DNA from: the human T2T-CHM13v2.0 reference genome, Homo sapiens
Length of the DNA stretch: 64,000 bases
Assembly: GCF_009914755.1 (NCBI RefSeq)
Contig: NC_060929.1
Strand: one strand, 5' to 3'
In this document: in pieces, positions 29,214-46,930 of the stretch
Numbering within the stretch: the stretch's first letter is position 1
Layout: the number at the start of each line of letters is the position of its first letter
Made by a program: the position numbers and the translations under genes
The notes under the pieces: generated by a model
The model's database searches: none
Seen by the model: the letters and a program-made list of their open reading frames with translations, nothing else
What the model was told of the DNA's origin: nothing

Positions 29214-30347
29214 GTATAAATATATTTCAGATTTTGGAAAGATTCTTAGAATAGAATTGCCACTATTCTCTAGTTTTGCAACAGTCTTGCTAATTCAACA
29301 TTTTAATTTTTGTGTATTAAGATAAAGATTTTATTATTGTCTTGGCAAGTAATGCCCCTTGACCAAGCTAACAAAGTTCATGATCACATCAGGGGAAAGG
29401 TACCAACTGAATTTTAATGCCTGCGTGTATTTTTTTTTTTTTTTAGCAAAGCTTGAAAACTCTGATCAATGTCTCACTGCTTGGAATTAGTTACAGCTTT
29501 TTATTAGTCTATTATTTTTCTTTTTATGACTGGTGTTTGTACATACCACTAAACAAGAACATGTTCTATTTTAAATGTTTAAAAATACTGACTTTTAGTT
29601 AAGATGGCTCTTTATAAAAATTATTTTTAAATTTGGACTCATTATCCTTATAGTTATGCATATGAGGATTGTCTCATGATGTTGAAAATGCCACAGAAAA
29701 GTGACCAATTTGAAGTCATAAGACAGCCATTCTCCATTTTTTCTGCAAATGCTTTTAGGTGCAGGAGAGATCAGGGATGTGAGTGTGTGGATAGGAGAGC
29801 AGAAGAAGGGAATGATTACTTAATAAATAGCCACTGAGTGTTGAAGAAAGATTCCAGGACATTCTGACCCCTGTAAAGATCCACAGGTGGCATGATAAGC
29901 ATTAAATGATTTTTGGAATCAATTATGGAAATACGAGTTTCTAGTTTCTTAACTTAAAAAATAAGCCCTTCATATTTTACATTAAAGCTTAGGATATGTA
30001 TTTCTGCTGGAATATAGTTGCCTTTAAATAAATGTTTTCTTTCTTAATATTTGTTTTAGTGATGGTAGGATGCAAATTCATTGTAATTTATAGTGTTTCC
30101 CATTCCATGTATTTCATTTCTGTAGTATAGGCAATTAGAGATAGACTCTGGCCTTCCCTGTCCTTAAATGATTTCTAGGGGGTAAATCATATGTTCAGGG
30201 AAGGATACAGACTAGTTTATGCTCCTGTTGTCTTATTATTACTGAAATAGATTTAATGTCTCCATGTGTGCCAATTAGCATGTACAGAATTATCTTTTAA
30301 AGTTTATTTGGTACTTAAAAATGACTCTATTTCAAACTTTTTTTCAG

Positions 30348-30478
30348 GTTATGAAGGAAGAGCAGGAATGGCTTCTATTATTTTAAAACCAAATACATCT
30401 TTAGATTTGGAAAAAGTTTATGAACAAGTTGTAACATTTCTACCAGCTTATGCTTGTCCACGATTTTTAAGAATTCAG
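30348..30478 (+). CDS. SLC27A6: SLC27A6 coding exon (probably exon 9), 131 nt, phase 1/0
   Basis: Acceptor cttttttttcag|GTTATG, donor ATTCAG|gtaatt. Translates GYEGRAGMASIILKPNTSLDLEKVYEQVVTFLPAYACPRFLRIQ. Confidence 0.96.
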
Positions 30479-31419
30479 GTAATTTTAGTGGCGGAGTTTA
30501 CTATCAAATATAAGACAGTAAACAAGGAAGTAGTTTAATTGCAAAATAATATTGTATCCTTTAGATAACATGTGAGTTATGTGAGAGGCGTGGCGTGTAG
30601 AGTTGATGCAGATCGATGCCATGTTTGAAGCCTAATTATAAAGGGGGCATGGTGAAATGCTAGGACGTACCTGTCTTTGTCCTAATTATAGAATTGCTCT
30701 CTTCCTCTTCAGTCAGGACCTCAGAGCAAAATGATGGTCCCAGTGACGGTGGCAATCCAAAACCACATCTTACTTTTATCTTGCGAAGACATTTGGTGCT
30801 ATGTGCCTAGAATTGGGTTCCATTAAGGAGACATCAAAGAGATGGCAAGATGTGTGCAGAACCTAAAGGCATCTGGCTTTAGGCAATCCTGCTTTTTAAT
30901 TTTTATTGCTGTTCTGTCCAAATTCCCCCTCACCTGGACCTTCCCCATGTGAGAAATTCTGAGTTTATTTATTTTGAGATGAGGACTTTCTCTTGTTAGC
31001 TTACTGGTATAAGTACAGTAAAAAGAAAACAAATTTCCTTAACTACTGGGTAACTTTACTTACTCATTTATTCAACCATTCATGTATTTAATATTTTGCC
31101 TCAAATATAATTTCCCAAAATTATTACTCATCATCTCTTAACATCCAACCACACAGATTTTTTTTTCTGAATACATTTGTTATTTCACTAATAGACTCCT
31201 AGAGGAGCAATAACCTGTGTCATATTCAGGTTTCAGTATTTGCCAAGCAATCATTGCAGCCAAGTCACTGCTTATTCAATGGGACACATCCTCTGAACTA
31301 TCATAATACCTATTTCATCTCTCTTTTTGATTTTGAGTTTTTACATTGTCTCAGATTATTTTAACAACAACCCTCTGAAACACTAAAGGTAAGTAAATAT
31401 GAAAAAAGAAGTAATATAT

Positions 31420-31770
31420 TTTTATTGAAATTTTATTGAGATAGTTGTAGATTGACACGCACTTATAAGAAATAATAAGAGAGAACTTGTATATCCTTCA
31501 CCTTGTTTCCCCCAAGGATAACATTTTGCAGATCTGTTACAACCAGGATGTTAACATAATCTACCCATCTTATTAAAAATTCTGCTTTACTTACACTTAT
31601 ATGTGTGCGTATATTTTCTATACAGTTTTATCACCTGTGCAACTTCATGCATTCATGACCATAGTAAAGATATGAATAATTTCAAAATCTTTCCCCCATG
31701 TTGTCCTTTTACAACCATAGCGAGCTCCCTCTTGTCCCTCCTCATCCTCACCCAACCCCATAAGTAATAT
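31420..31770 (-). mobile_element. L1MB/L1MC 3' end fragment
   Basis: ttttattgagatagttgtagattgacacgcacttataagaaataata...cccttcacc-like 3'UTR motif. Confidence 0.65.
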
Positions 31771-33876
31771 ATTTTGATGGAGTAGAAAGTTGACAGGACA
31801 AATAATATTTTAAGAGTTTTTTTCCAAGGCAACATAAAATTCACTTTCATTAAATAGAAAAAATGTTTTAGCTCAAGACTACTTTAGAAGATTAGATCAG
31901 CCTTGCACAAATTTAGAAAGTATTTTAGGATCCTTAAGCACCTAAAAAGAACATGGACCATGACTGTTATGTTTATTAGAGTATTCACTATAGTTAGAAA
32001 TAAAGCCTGACAGCAGTCAAATATTTGTTTAATAAATGAATGTTAGTAATAAATGATCTCATAAAAGAAATGCAAAAGTAAAAGTTACTTCTGACAAAAT
32101 GAGTCAAACAAGTATTGTATTACAAATCTATTTAGCACAAATTAAAAAATGGAAGAAGCCTTTTTGCCAATAATTCACAAAAATATAATATTCAGTGTGG
32201 CTGGGATAAAACGAACTTGGTCCTTTCATTCTGCTCATGGAACCATAAATTGTTATAACCTCTCTAGAAAACAATTTGGTAATATATGATCAGACTCTTA
32301 ACAGTTTGCATATATTTTGACTTAGTCAAAATGCATCTTAGGAAGTAATCAAAGATGTATAAAGATTTTAATATTCTAAAACACATTTTTTATTTCTAGT
32401 GTTAAAAATTTTGATATTCTCTAAAAGTTCATGAATAAGGGCAAAGTTAATTAAAATATGATAATTAAATGAGACCTTATAAAACAATTTTCTAAGTTCA
32501 ATTTTGAAGAAAATTACAGGACCCAGGAAAATATACTTTGTATAATATTAAGCTTAAAAATGGCAGAACACTAAATTGTATAAATACAGTGAGCTGCTAA
32601 TTTTTAAGAAAAGAGTAAAAGGATATGTTTGCTTGCACAGCCATATCTGGCTGTGATGACAGTGTTGGATCAGGGGAGATGGAGGAGGGAAGGGAGATCA
32701 GGGAAGGGGGTTCAAAGTGAAGTTGACTCAAATAGTCCAAAAGGATAAATAAAAATGGCCAAGCTACTCATAGAATGTTGTAGGGTCTCTACATGTCATC
32801 TCACTTAAACAGACTGTTTATCCATGCCTGAAATTCCCACAAAGGGATACACTCTTATCTCCTTTAAACACCTTGAAACAGAGATTCTTAAACTTTCTAG
32901 ACTCATGGCATCTTTAATGTCTCATAGCACTCTTGGGTCAAAACAAATACCTAAACATTTGTTTATTCACTAGTTAAGGAAAAACAGATTGGTAAGTATT
33001 TAGGTCTAACAAATGAGTAGCCACCTGAAAAATAATCCATATAAATAAGTAAATGCTTTCATTTCATTTTCAAATAACCACAATCAGTCACTAAGGAGAT
33101 GTAAGTTGGGCCACAGTTCTTCAGACCTTGGAATTAGATTGGACTGGACAGGGAGAGCCTGATTTCATGTTCCATGATGATTTTTGGCTGTACTTGCTTT
33201 TTATCCCAGCAACTACCAAAAACCCAATTTTGCAAAGATAATGACATCATTGAATGTATTACAAATTACTATTGAAACTGTGAACCTTGAGCTAGTAGTT
33301 TGTGACTGGTGACTAACAGATGTCACTGAGTTTCTCTTGAAAACAAGATATCCTGTGAGGACCTTGGAAATTCACTGAGGTACCTCAAGTTTTAGACCAT
33401 TCAAGTAACCCCTCTGGGTATATTTAAGCCATGTTTTAGAACATTCTGCACCCCGTCTGGCTCTTATAGTATTCTGCTTTTTATGATAGATTTGTGTGTA
33501 CCTGTAGTAGAAATTGCTGTCTTTTGTGGCTTTTATCTCCTTAGCATCTTATGGCATTCTCTATACATAATGTTATATTGGCATTGAATTGAAGAGATAA
33601 CCTATGTATTTTAGACATAATTATAATCAGTTTATTATGTTCATAATTCTTATATATTGAATGAGTTTATATTTAAGTAAAGTTTACAGGTAAATCAAAC
33701 TAAAGATTTTAATATTCTAAAATACATTTTTTATTTCTAGTGTTAAATTATTAGAAAATACAGAGATCACTAGATATAAAGTGTCATAATTTAATATTAC
33801 AGTCTATAGTATTAACTATATATGTATATATTATAGTTATTAAATGATTCTACTCATCCTGGTAATTGCTTTACAG

Positions 33877-34053
33877 GAAAAAATGGAAGCAACAGGAACA
33901 TTCAAACTATTGAAGCATCAGTTGGTGGAAGATGGATTTAATCCACTGAAAATTTCTGAACCACTTTACTTCATGGATAACTTGAAAAAGTCTTATGTTC
34001 TACTGACCAGGGAACTTTATGATCAAATAATGTTAGGGGAAATAAAACTTTAA
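33877..34053 (+). CDS. SLC27A6: SLC27A6 last coding exon (CDS part through the TAA stop)
   Basis: Acceptor gctttacag|GAAAAAATG. Translates EKMEATGTFKLLKHQLVEDGFNPLKISEPLYFMDNLKKSYVLLTRELYDQIMLGEIKL*. TGTFK carries the conserved catalytic Lys of acyl-CoA synthetases. Confidence 0.96.
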   Translation, partial: EKMEATGTFKLLKHQLVEDGFNPLKISEPLYFMDNLKKSYVLLTRELYDQIMLGEIKL

Positions 34054-34410
34054 GATTTTTATATCTAGAACTTTCATATGCTTTCTTAGGAAGAGTGAGA
34101 GGGGGGTATATGATTCTTTATGAAATGGGGAAAGGGAGCTAACATTAATTATGCATGTACTATATTTCCTTAATATGAGAGATAATTTTTTAATTGCATA
34201 AGAATTTTAATTTCTTTTAATTGATATAAACAGTAGTTGATTATTCTTTTTATCTATTTGGAGATTCAGTGCATAACTAAGTATTTTCCTTAATACTAAA
34301 GATTTTAAATAATAAATAGTGGCTAGCGGTTTGGACAATCACTAAAAATGTACTTTCTAATAAGTAAAATTTCTAATTTTGAATAAAAGATTAAATTTTA
34401 CTGAAATATT
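34054..34410 (+). other. SLC27A6: SLC27A6 3'UTR (AU-rich; 3' end approximate)
   Basis: Follows the stop codon; AATAAA at 34311-34316 and 34382-34387, with a U-rich tract after about 34408. Confidence 0.75.
34382..34387 (+). terminator. Polyadenylation signal AATAAA (likely major site)
   Basis: Canonical hexamer with downstream U/GU-rich sequence (tttttattttttatgt). An alternative AATAAA lies at 34311. Confidence 0.65.
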
Positions 34411-34474
34411 TTATTTTTATGTATCCTGTCTTATAACCCAATAACATAATTTTCATTAAAAATGTGTTTTCAGT

Positions 34475-37520
<3,046 letters not shown>

Positions 37521-38700
37521 AAAAATGTGTTTTCAGTTTTTGTTTTGGTGTTTTTAATTGTATACTTCCAATCAAAGAAAGCCGACTGACTAAATGCAGG
37601 CAGTGATATCTTCTTTATCTTAAACTCACATTAAGATGATAGAAATATAAAAATATGAAACAGCAGATCAGGAAAACTGGTAAGCTCAGAGCACTTAGGA
37701 ATTTTTGGAAGATATATAAAAGGGATAACCTGATGATAAAATCCAACAGATATGTCTAAACCACTCATCATACTGGGAAAAAGTAGACTAGAATAGAACC
37801 ATAGGATTTTCATCAAGATTAAAAACAAAAAGGGCTACAGGTTTGGACAGTTTTGTGAGTAGTTAATGGGGAAATTTATTATAAGGATAATCTAATGAGC
37901 ACAATTGTACTTATCTCAAGTTGGAAGCACCAGGCTCCAGTATTTCCTTCAAGCTAGAACCACAGAAATGACTCTTAATAAGATGAGGTATCTTCTATAG
38001 GAGGGCATTGCGGAGCTGGACTGAGAGGGGGAAGACTGCCCAGCAAGAAGCCCCTGTGCCCATAAACCCAGTTCCATGTACAACCAAATGGAAAGTTTTC
38101 CTTGCTTCATGCAGTCTCTCACATGCTAAAGAGATTGCTTTGGTTGGAACTGAAGTTGTAGAGAGTTTAATTTTGTAAATGCTCAGAAATCATGTTATAA
38201 AGTTAAAACATTTTTTAAAACGTAAAGGTTAACCACAAATAGCATAGAAATAAAATGTCAAATTTTATGAGAAATATAATTTTGTAAAAAGGAATTTTGA
38301 AAGAGAAACAAAAAAATAGTAAATAGAAAAAATACATGTAAGCATACTCATATCCCAATATATAAATGAGAATGGATTAATTTCCTTTATTAAAACATAA
38401 ATGAATCAATAGACTTTTTTATATCTGTGATTTGGCTGGTTTTTTGCCTTTCCAACTAAAAATGATTTTGCCTTTACATAGTTTTAATTTGTAAGTGTTC
38501 TTTAAGTACTATGAATCTGAGTGAACACATTTCTTATTTCCTACTCTTTAAAAACTTTGGAGATTTGATCATGACAGCGAAGTAGGCATACATATATCAC
38601 CCCCTTGGATATATGGGTAAACTCCTCCTCCTGCCAAATCCATTGCAATGAAAGACAAAATGTTATAGAGAGAACAATCCATTTGAAAATGGAGAGTTAG

Positions 38701-38975
38701 GGCTAGGTACGGTGGCTCATCTGTAAACCCAGGCCTTAGGGAGGTCAAATGGAATCGCATGAGCCCAGGAGCTTAAGACCAGCTTGGGTAACATAGTGAG
38801 ACCCCTGTTTTTACTAAATAAATAAATAAAGCTGAGCATGGTTGCAAGTGCCTGTAGGACCAGCTACTCAGGAGGCTGTCCCCAGGAGGTCAATGCCGTG
38901 GTGATCTATGTTTGTACCACTGAACCCCAGCCTGGGTGACAGAGCGAGACTCTCTTAAAAAAATTACTAAAAAAT
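38701..38975 (+). mobile_element. AluJ (diverged, internal deletion)
   Basis: Alu left and right arm motifs with A-rich tail. Confidence 0.8.
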
Positions 38976-39329
38976 ATAAAACAGGTGAGATTAGATTAGC
39001 AAAGAAACCATGAGGGAAGAGTGGGGAAACAAAACATCAAACTTATGCACAGTGAAAAACTACTTCAAAGGAAAAAGAACTCCAACCACACAGTAAACAC
39101 ATATAAAAACAAAGATGGGGCATCTGTGTAATTACAGAGTATCCCAATTATTAATTATCAGGATACTTAATTGTAGAAAATTGAGACCGTGAATTTTCTT
39201 GCCTTTTTCTTACTTATAGAAAACTTCCAGCATCAGACAAAATAATTCATGACATAAAAATAATAAGTCGTTAATTTAAAAACTTATTTAAGACAAGACA
39301 ATAAAGATTAAAGTTTTTAAAGAGCTAGA

Positions 39330-40730
39330 AACTAGGGAGAATAGTTGTCACATTTATAGTATATAAAGAACACTTACAAATATAAAGGCAAAATAATTTT
39401 AATGAGAAAAATGTGAGAACAGGCAATGTGGGGAAATTTTAGCTTACCAGTACTTCTACTGAGGTTATAAATAAGTACAGTCATTCTGGAAAGCAATATG
39501 GCAGTACTTATTAAAATGTTAAAGGTATATAGCATTCAACATGGCATTCTACTTCTAGAGGACATGGAATACCTTTAATACATTATAGACATGTGCACAA
39601 AGAGTCTTAATGAATCTTTATCTCTTTTAATAAAAAAAATTTGTACTTATACATCAAAAGAAAGAATAAATGTCAATATAGTCATATGGTAGAATATTAT
39701 GTGATCATAAAATAATAAGGTGGGCTAACATATACTGATTCATAAAGCCATACTATAAATTTAAAAATTCATATTGCTGAACAATTCATACAATAAGATA
39801 AATTCATGTAAACATTCTACAAAACTATTTTATATATATGCATGTATAAATACATGGAAAAGTATCTGAAAAATATTATACTAATAACAGTGTTTATCTC
39901 TAGTGAAGAAAGTTGTATTTAGGCATTGAGAAATGTGGAGAGTTGTAAAGAAATGGAAGGAAGATGAAGGAAATAAATTTTAAGTTATTCAGGTGATATA
40001 AATACTTTTAATATAAAAATACTTCTAAAGTATATGATGTAAGAGTTTAAATTCTTTTTCATTTAAACTTGGTGAAATAGTGAAAACTAAATATTTGTTG
40101 TTTAAGCCACCCAGTCTATGGTATTTTGTTACAGAAGCCCAAACTTACGAAGATACTCAGCAGACCTAAAATTGAAAAAGTGCAAAGAAAACCATACCTA
40201 AGGCATTAAAATCAAACTGCTGGCAAATAAAGAATAAAACAAATTCTTGAAAGGGGTCAGAAAAAAAGTACATAATGGAATAACAATTTGAAGTATGTCT
40301 GACTTCTCATCAAAGGTAGGATGGACAGAAGAAAACAGAACAATATCTTTAAGATCCTAGATAAACAAAAAACTGTCAAAGCAGAATTCTACGGGCAATG
40401 AAAATATCCTTCAACAATAAAGGTAAAATAAAGGCAGTTTCAGATAAAAGATATCTAGAAGAATTCATAGCTAGGAGTCCTGTCTAAAGAAATGCTAAAG
40501 GAGGTTGTTTAGACTAAACAAATACCAGATGGAAACCTATCTCTTCAGGAAGAGATAAAGAGTTATTAGAAATGGTAAATATGTGGGTAAATATAAAATA
40601 TTATTTTATTTCTCTCAATTTAACAAAAGTACATAACTATTTAAAGCAAAATTTATAACATTATCTTCTTGGTTTAAACTTACTATAGATGAAATACAAA
40701 TGGCAACCATAAGCATAAAGAATGGTAAAG
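39330..40730 (+). mobile_element. Mosaic of old L1M fragments with a short MaLR LTR end (about 40080-40140)
   Basis: L1 3' region (ttctggaaagcaatatggcagt), LTR end (tttgttgtttaagccacccagtctatggtattttgttac), ORF1 C-terminus (aaaatatccttcaacaataaaggtaaaataaagg). Confidence 0.6.
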
Positions 40731-40981
40731 CCAGTGGAAAATAACAGATACTTATTCAGCATCAGGAAACAAATCTTAAAACTCATGACTAATTAGGAAA
40801 CTTCAATTTAAAATAAAGATGATATATCTATCTATATCTGGCAATATATAAAAAATAGGACTCAGATTGTTGATGGAATGTAAATGGGTGCAATGTAAAT
40901 GAGTGTAAATGTTCTGGAAAACAGTATCTATGAGAATATAAAACACAGATAACTTTGACTTATCAATTCTATTTGAAAGGG

Positions 40982-41274
40982 TTTTTGTTTTTTTGTGTGT
41001 TTTATTTGAGACAGAAATTAGGCTGCATTGCAGTGGCCCATCTCAGCTCACTGCAACCTCCACCTCCCGGATTCAGGTGATTCTTGTGTCTCAACCACCC
41101 TAGTAGCTGGGATTACAGGCATGCACCATCACAGCAGCTAATGTTTGTATTTTTAGTAGAGATGGAGTTTTGCCATGTTGGCCAGGCTGGTCTCGAACTC
41201 CTGCCCTTAAGCGACTTGCCTGCCTTGAACTCTCAAAGTGCTGGGGTTATAGGCATGAGCCACAGCACCCAGCC
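40982..41274 (-). mobile_element. AluS (diverged)
   Basis: Alu body; TSD caattctatttg. Confidence 0.88.
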
Positions 41275-42877
41275 AGCAATTCTATTTGTAGGAGTAAAGA
41301 AAAAAAAAATCACTTTCAATAGTGAGCCAGGATTTATGTCAAAATATGTTCAATTAAGGATAGCATTTATTAATAATAGTATTTGGAGACGACCTAAAAA
41401 AAGATAAATAAAAATTGATGAAATCAATGCTTTGTTATGCTCTGCAATGATTCCAAAGAGTGACTGACATCTCAGCATATACTGACCTGGAATACCCATG
41501 CTGTATCCCTAAGGGGGGAAAAAAAGAGTACAGAGTACTTATTATTTATTTGTTAAAACTACATTGAGAATTAGAAGTATTTGTAAAGACAATTTAAACA
41601 ATTTTAATTAATTAAGAAGTGTGGAGTTGGAGAGTAGGTGACTTGTTACTTTTTAGTCTCTACTTGTATTATTTGAATTTAAAAATTGCTGTATTCTGCT
41701 TATGTGTTCTTTTAAGACAATTAGAAAAGTTAATTGCTTTCTTTAAGAAAAATATAAGGCAGAAAGCAAGAAATTGATTAAGTGGTATTAATAGGAGCGA
41801 ATTTAAGATACTCAACCATTTCTCAGTAGAAATAAATATTAGGTTGATATTATTTCTGTTGCTATATTTCATTTTACTACAGATTTCACCACTTTTTGAC
41901 ATACTTAGATGAATTATTTTAAGACCATTAAAAAGGAGAGTAGAAAACATCTGATATTTTTAACAAATCTTATACATAAGAGTTAATTTATGAGGAAAAA
42001 TACTCTAGCTATTAATTCTCCCCAAATTGCAGTAAATTTGTATGTAAATTTTAACATGTATAACAAAAGCCAAGTTTGAACCACATCCAAGATGATCTTT
42101 CTTTGAGGTCCTGTTATATCTGTTGCTGTTTTACTAGTGAAGGGATTTATTACTGGAACTGTGGCTTTTATACAAAGAAACTTGGAGTAATGTCTTCAGT
42201 AAATTAAAATCAAAGTTAAAATGCAGCACTAAAACTGTGAGTGGAGTTTATTTTATGAACTTCTTGCAGTGCTTTTCCTTATTCAGAATATTGGTTTCTT
42301 GATTTAATGTAGCTTGACATTTAATCTACGTAAACTATTTGACTGTAGTCCTTTTAGAGATAGAATCATATCGACATGATTACTATCTGTGTACTATGTC
42401 ACATTTCAACAATGAGGTGAAAGCGTTGAAAATGTGAATGAATAACTGTTTCTCAGTTCACCACACCTAACCTTGTAAACAGTGATAGCTCTTCCTCCCC
42501 CGTAAAAATCATGAAGTCTTTATTACCTTTCTCCCCAGCATCCAACAATACATAAATGTTTCTCAAGGCTAGAGTGCAAAACCAAACTTTTGTGATATTT
42601 TTAAAAATGCATATTCCTGATTGTCACCCAGATGTACTAAATCAGAAACTCTGAGCGTAAGCCTCGGGAACTTGTATTTTTAACAAGGATTTTGAATTCT
42701 TGTCATGTGTAATATTTTACTTCTTTATTCTCATTCTCTAACTGTCTCTGCCTCCCAGATTTTCCTCTGGGCCCTCTTGCAACCCCAGACGTAACTAAGC
42801 ACATCAGATTCCTTATAAATCTTTCGTGTATTCCCAAAGCCATCCTTCCAACTATTTGTCTTATTAGAAAACTTTCT

Positions 42878-43205
<328 letters not shown>

Positions 43206-43700
43206 GAGAAGCCTTGCTGTCCCTGGAGGATACCATTTAACTTTTGGTCCACTAAAGTGGGGGCTCTAACACTCATACACCATATATTGCTGTCAAGAGG
43301 TGGTGTGTTCCTTGTACCTCATGGTCCCTTCTAGACTGTTATGCTTTCTGCACCTATGAGTGCTCTGCCATTCTGCTGCAACGTACTCGCCTCTTGGTCC
43401 TTACACCTCATTTTCTGACAAGCTCATCAAAGGGTCTACAGCTTTCTTCTCACCCTAATTCATGTCATCAGCCCATACCAATCTCCATCTAATCATCTCA
43501 GGTTTTTTCCACTTTGACTATAACATACTTTCCCATGCTTTTCCAATCTCATTTCCCACCTACCCCACTATGTTCAGCTGATGGCTCTCTTTGTTCTTAA
43601 TTGAGAATATACAAGTCATCAGATGGGGACACCATGATTTTCATAATATCCTAAACAACTTACATATATATGCCAATTATCTTTATTCTTTTTGCCATGA

Positions 43701-44072
<372 letters not shown>

Positions 44073-44099
44073 CTCTCCCCCTCTTAAGAGTCATTTCTA

Positions 44100-46930
44100 A
44101 ATGTCAGCAGGATGGCAGAATATGAGGCTCAGGACTCTCTCCCTACCCACAGATATACCAAATAAACAGTTACACTTGGATCAATACCCTCCAAGAAAGA
44201 TCCAGCAACTACTTGAGGGACTTCTGCACACTAGACAACTTAGAAAATACATCAAATTGGGTAAGAAAAACTGAAATAGTCTCACCATTAACCCTACCCC
44301 TAACACAGTGCCATAAAATCTGGAAGGAACTCCCATTTCCCAGCTTTGCCCCGAGGAGTGAAGGGTCCTGAGGTACTAGCCCCTGACTTGACTAACCCAG
44401 GAAGCTGACGGGGAATGAGTGAATAACACTCAAGTATTCACTACCTCCCCAGGACCACAGAGAACAAAATGGCAGTTTCAAACAGGTGTGCAAGCACTTC
44501 CCACACCTCTTTCTCCAGCTCAGTGCAGACTTAGCAGGCAATAAAGCCCAGCTTTCAGCTCCTGTCTGGAAAGGTAGACTCTACCTCTAAAGTTCCAACT
44601 TTTCCAGATGCTGTCTGAGCATCTGGCTTCTAACTTTCATCTGGGAGCTGAGAGGGCAGGGAATCACTAGTCCTCTGGGCACTTGACTGGGCATGTGCTC
44701 ACTTCCTTGGCTTCTCTTTTCTAGCTTCCTTCAGCAATAAAAACAAGCCTCCAGCTTCTCCCTGGAAATAGTTGGACCATACATCTATACCACCCACTCA
44801 ACTTTTCTGGCTGCTATCTGAGGGACTGGCCTCTAATCTGCCTGTCTTTGTGAGCTGATAGGGCCCAGCATTTGCTATGCTGGTGGGGAGACAGAGAGCA
44901 AAGCAACGTTTTGAAAGTGCATGCAATCTGAATGAGCATGCAGGCATTTGTCACAGCTCCCTTTCTCAGCTCAGTGCAGAGCCAGCCAGCAATAAACTCC
45001 CACTTTCAGCTCCTCTCTCAGGAGAGAAAAAACTGGGCCACACATCCAGCACCACAACTTTTCCAGGTGATAGAAGTAGAAAATATTTAGAAATACCAAA
45101 CAGAAATCATAGAGCTAAAAAATATAACTGCACTGAAAGTTTTAATAGAAGGATTCAATAGCTTACTATATCAAGCAGAAGAAAGGATCAGTGAACTCAA
45201 ATACATACAGGTCATAGAAATCATCCTGTTATAGGTGCAAAAAGAAAAAGAATAAAAAAGTGAGGATAGCTTCAGGAAATTATGGGACACGATCAAGCCA
45301 AACAATATATTTATTATGAGACTCTTAGAAGAAGATGAAGAAAAGGAGAAAAAGTGCATTCAAATGAATAGTGGCTGAAAACCTCCCAAAACTGGGTACA
45401 GAAATAAACATCCATATCCAGGAAGACCCGAGACAAAACACGAAATAAGATGACACCAAAGAGCGTCACACCAAGACACATTATAATCAAATTTTCAAAG
45501 TTAAAAACAAAGAATTCTGAAAGCAGCAAGAAGAAAAGTGACTTATTATGTACAAGGAAACCCCAATAAAACAATGAGTGGTTTTTTATTCCCAGTAGAA
45601 ACTTTGCAGACCAAAAGAGAGTGGAAGAATATATTCAAAGTACTGAAGGAAGAAAACTGCCAACCAAGAATACTATATGTGGAAAACCTGTCCTTCAAAA
45701 ATGAGGAGATAAAGACTTTTGCAGACAAACAAAAGATGAGGAAGTTTATCACCACTAGACTTACCTTACAAGAAATACTAAACAAAGTTCTTCAAGTTGA
45801 AATGAAAGGACACTAAACAGCAACACAAGAGCATAGGAAAGTGTGAAACTCATTGGCAAAGATAAATATATAGATAATATTACTATAATGATGGTGGGTA
45901 AATTGCTTTTAATTCTAGTATAAAAGTTTAAAAACAAGTATTAAAAATATAACTAAATTATGTTAATGGGTGCACAATATAAATGGATGTAAATTGTGAT
46001 ATCAATAGCATTTTTGGGGGTCAGAAGAGGTAAAAGTGTACACTTCCTGCATGCAGGTGAAGCTGTTATCTGCTTAGACTGTTATAACTAAAAGATATCA
46101 CATGTAACCTCCATGTTAACCATAAAAAAACTGTAGACATTACACAAGGGAAAAGGAAGAATTAAAACTTATAAATACAAAAAAGCAATAAAACACAAAG
46201 ACAATAAGAGAAAAAACAAATTGAATAATTGCAAGACAAACCAAAAAGAGTTCACAAAATGCCAGTAGTAAATCCTTCCCTGTCATTTATTACTTTAAAT
46301 GTAATTGGATTAAACTTCCCAATCAAAAGATATAGAGTGGCTGAATGGATGAAAAGCAAGTTCAAATTATATGTTCTCTACAAGAAATTCACTTTAAATT
46401 GAAAGACAAAACGAAAGTAAAGAAATAAAAGATATTCCATGCAAATGATAACCAAAAGAATGCAGGAGTGGCTATATGTTTATCAGACAAGTAGATTTGA
46501 AGTTGAAACTGTCCCTAGAGACAAACAATGTCATTATATAACGATAAAAGCGTAAATTCAACAGGAAAATACAGCGATTGTAAATATCTATGCACCCAAC
46601 ATCAGAACACCCAACTATATAAAGAAATACTAACAGATCTAAAAGGAGAAATTGATAGCAATACAATAATAGAATATTTCAGTTACCCCATTTTCAACAA
46701 AGGACAGAACATCCAGGAGAAACAATTAACAAAGAAGCAGCAGAACAACACTACAAATGGGCCTGACAGACATACATAGAAACCAAATGGGCCTGACAGA
46801 CATACATAGATCTTTCACTCAACAGGAAAATATACATTCTTCTCAAGTGTATATGAAACACTCTCCAGGATAGATCACATGTTATGTCCCAAAACAAGTG
46901 TTAGCCAATTTAAGAAGATTGAAATCACAT
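44100..46930 (+). mobile_element. Old L1M: repetitive 5'UTR, partial ORF1, ORF2 endonuclease region; truncated at the MLT2
   Basis: ORF1 C-terminus REWKNIFKVLKEENCQPRILY...IKTFADKQK; EN-like actttaaatgtaattggattaaac... Confidence 0.85.
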
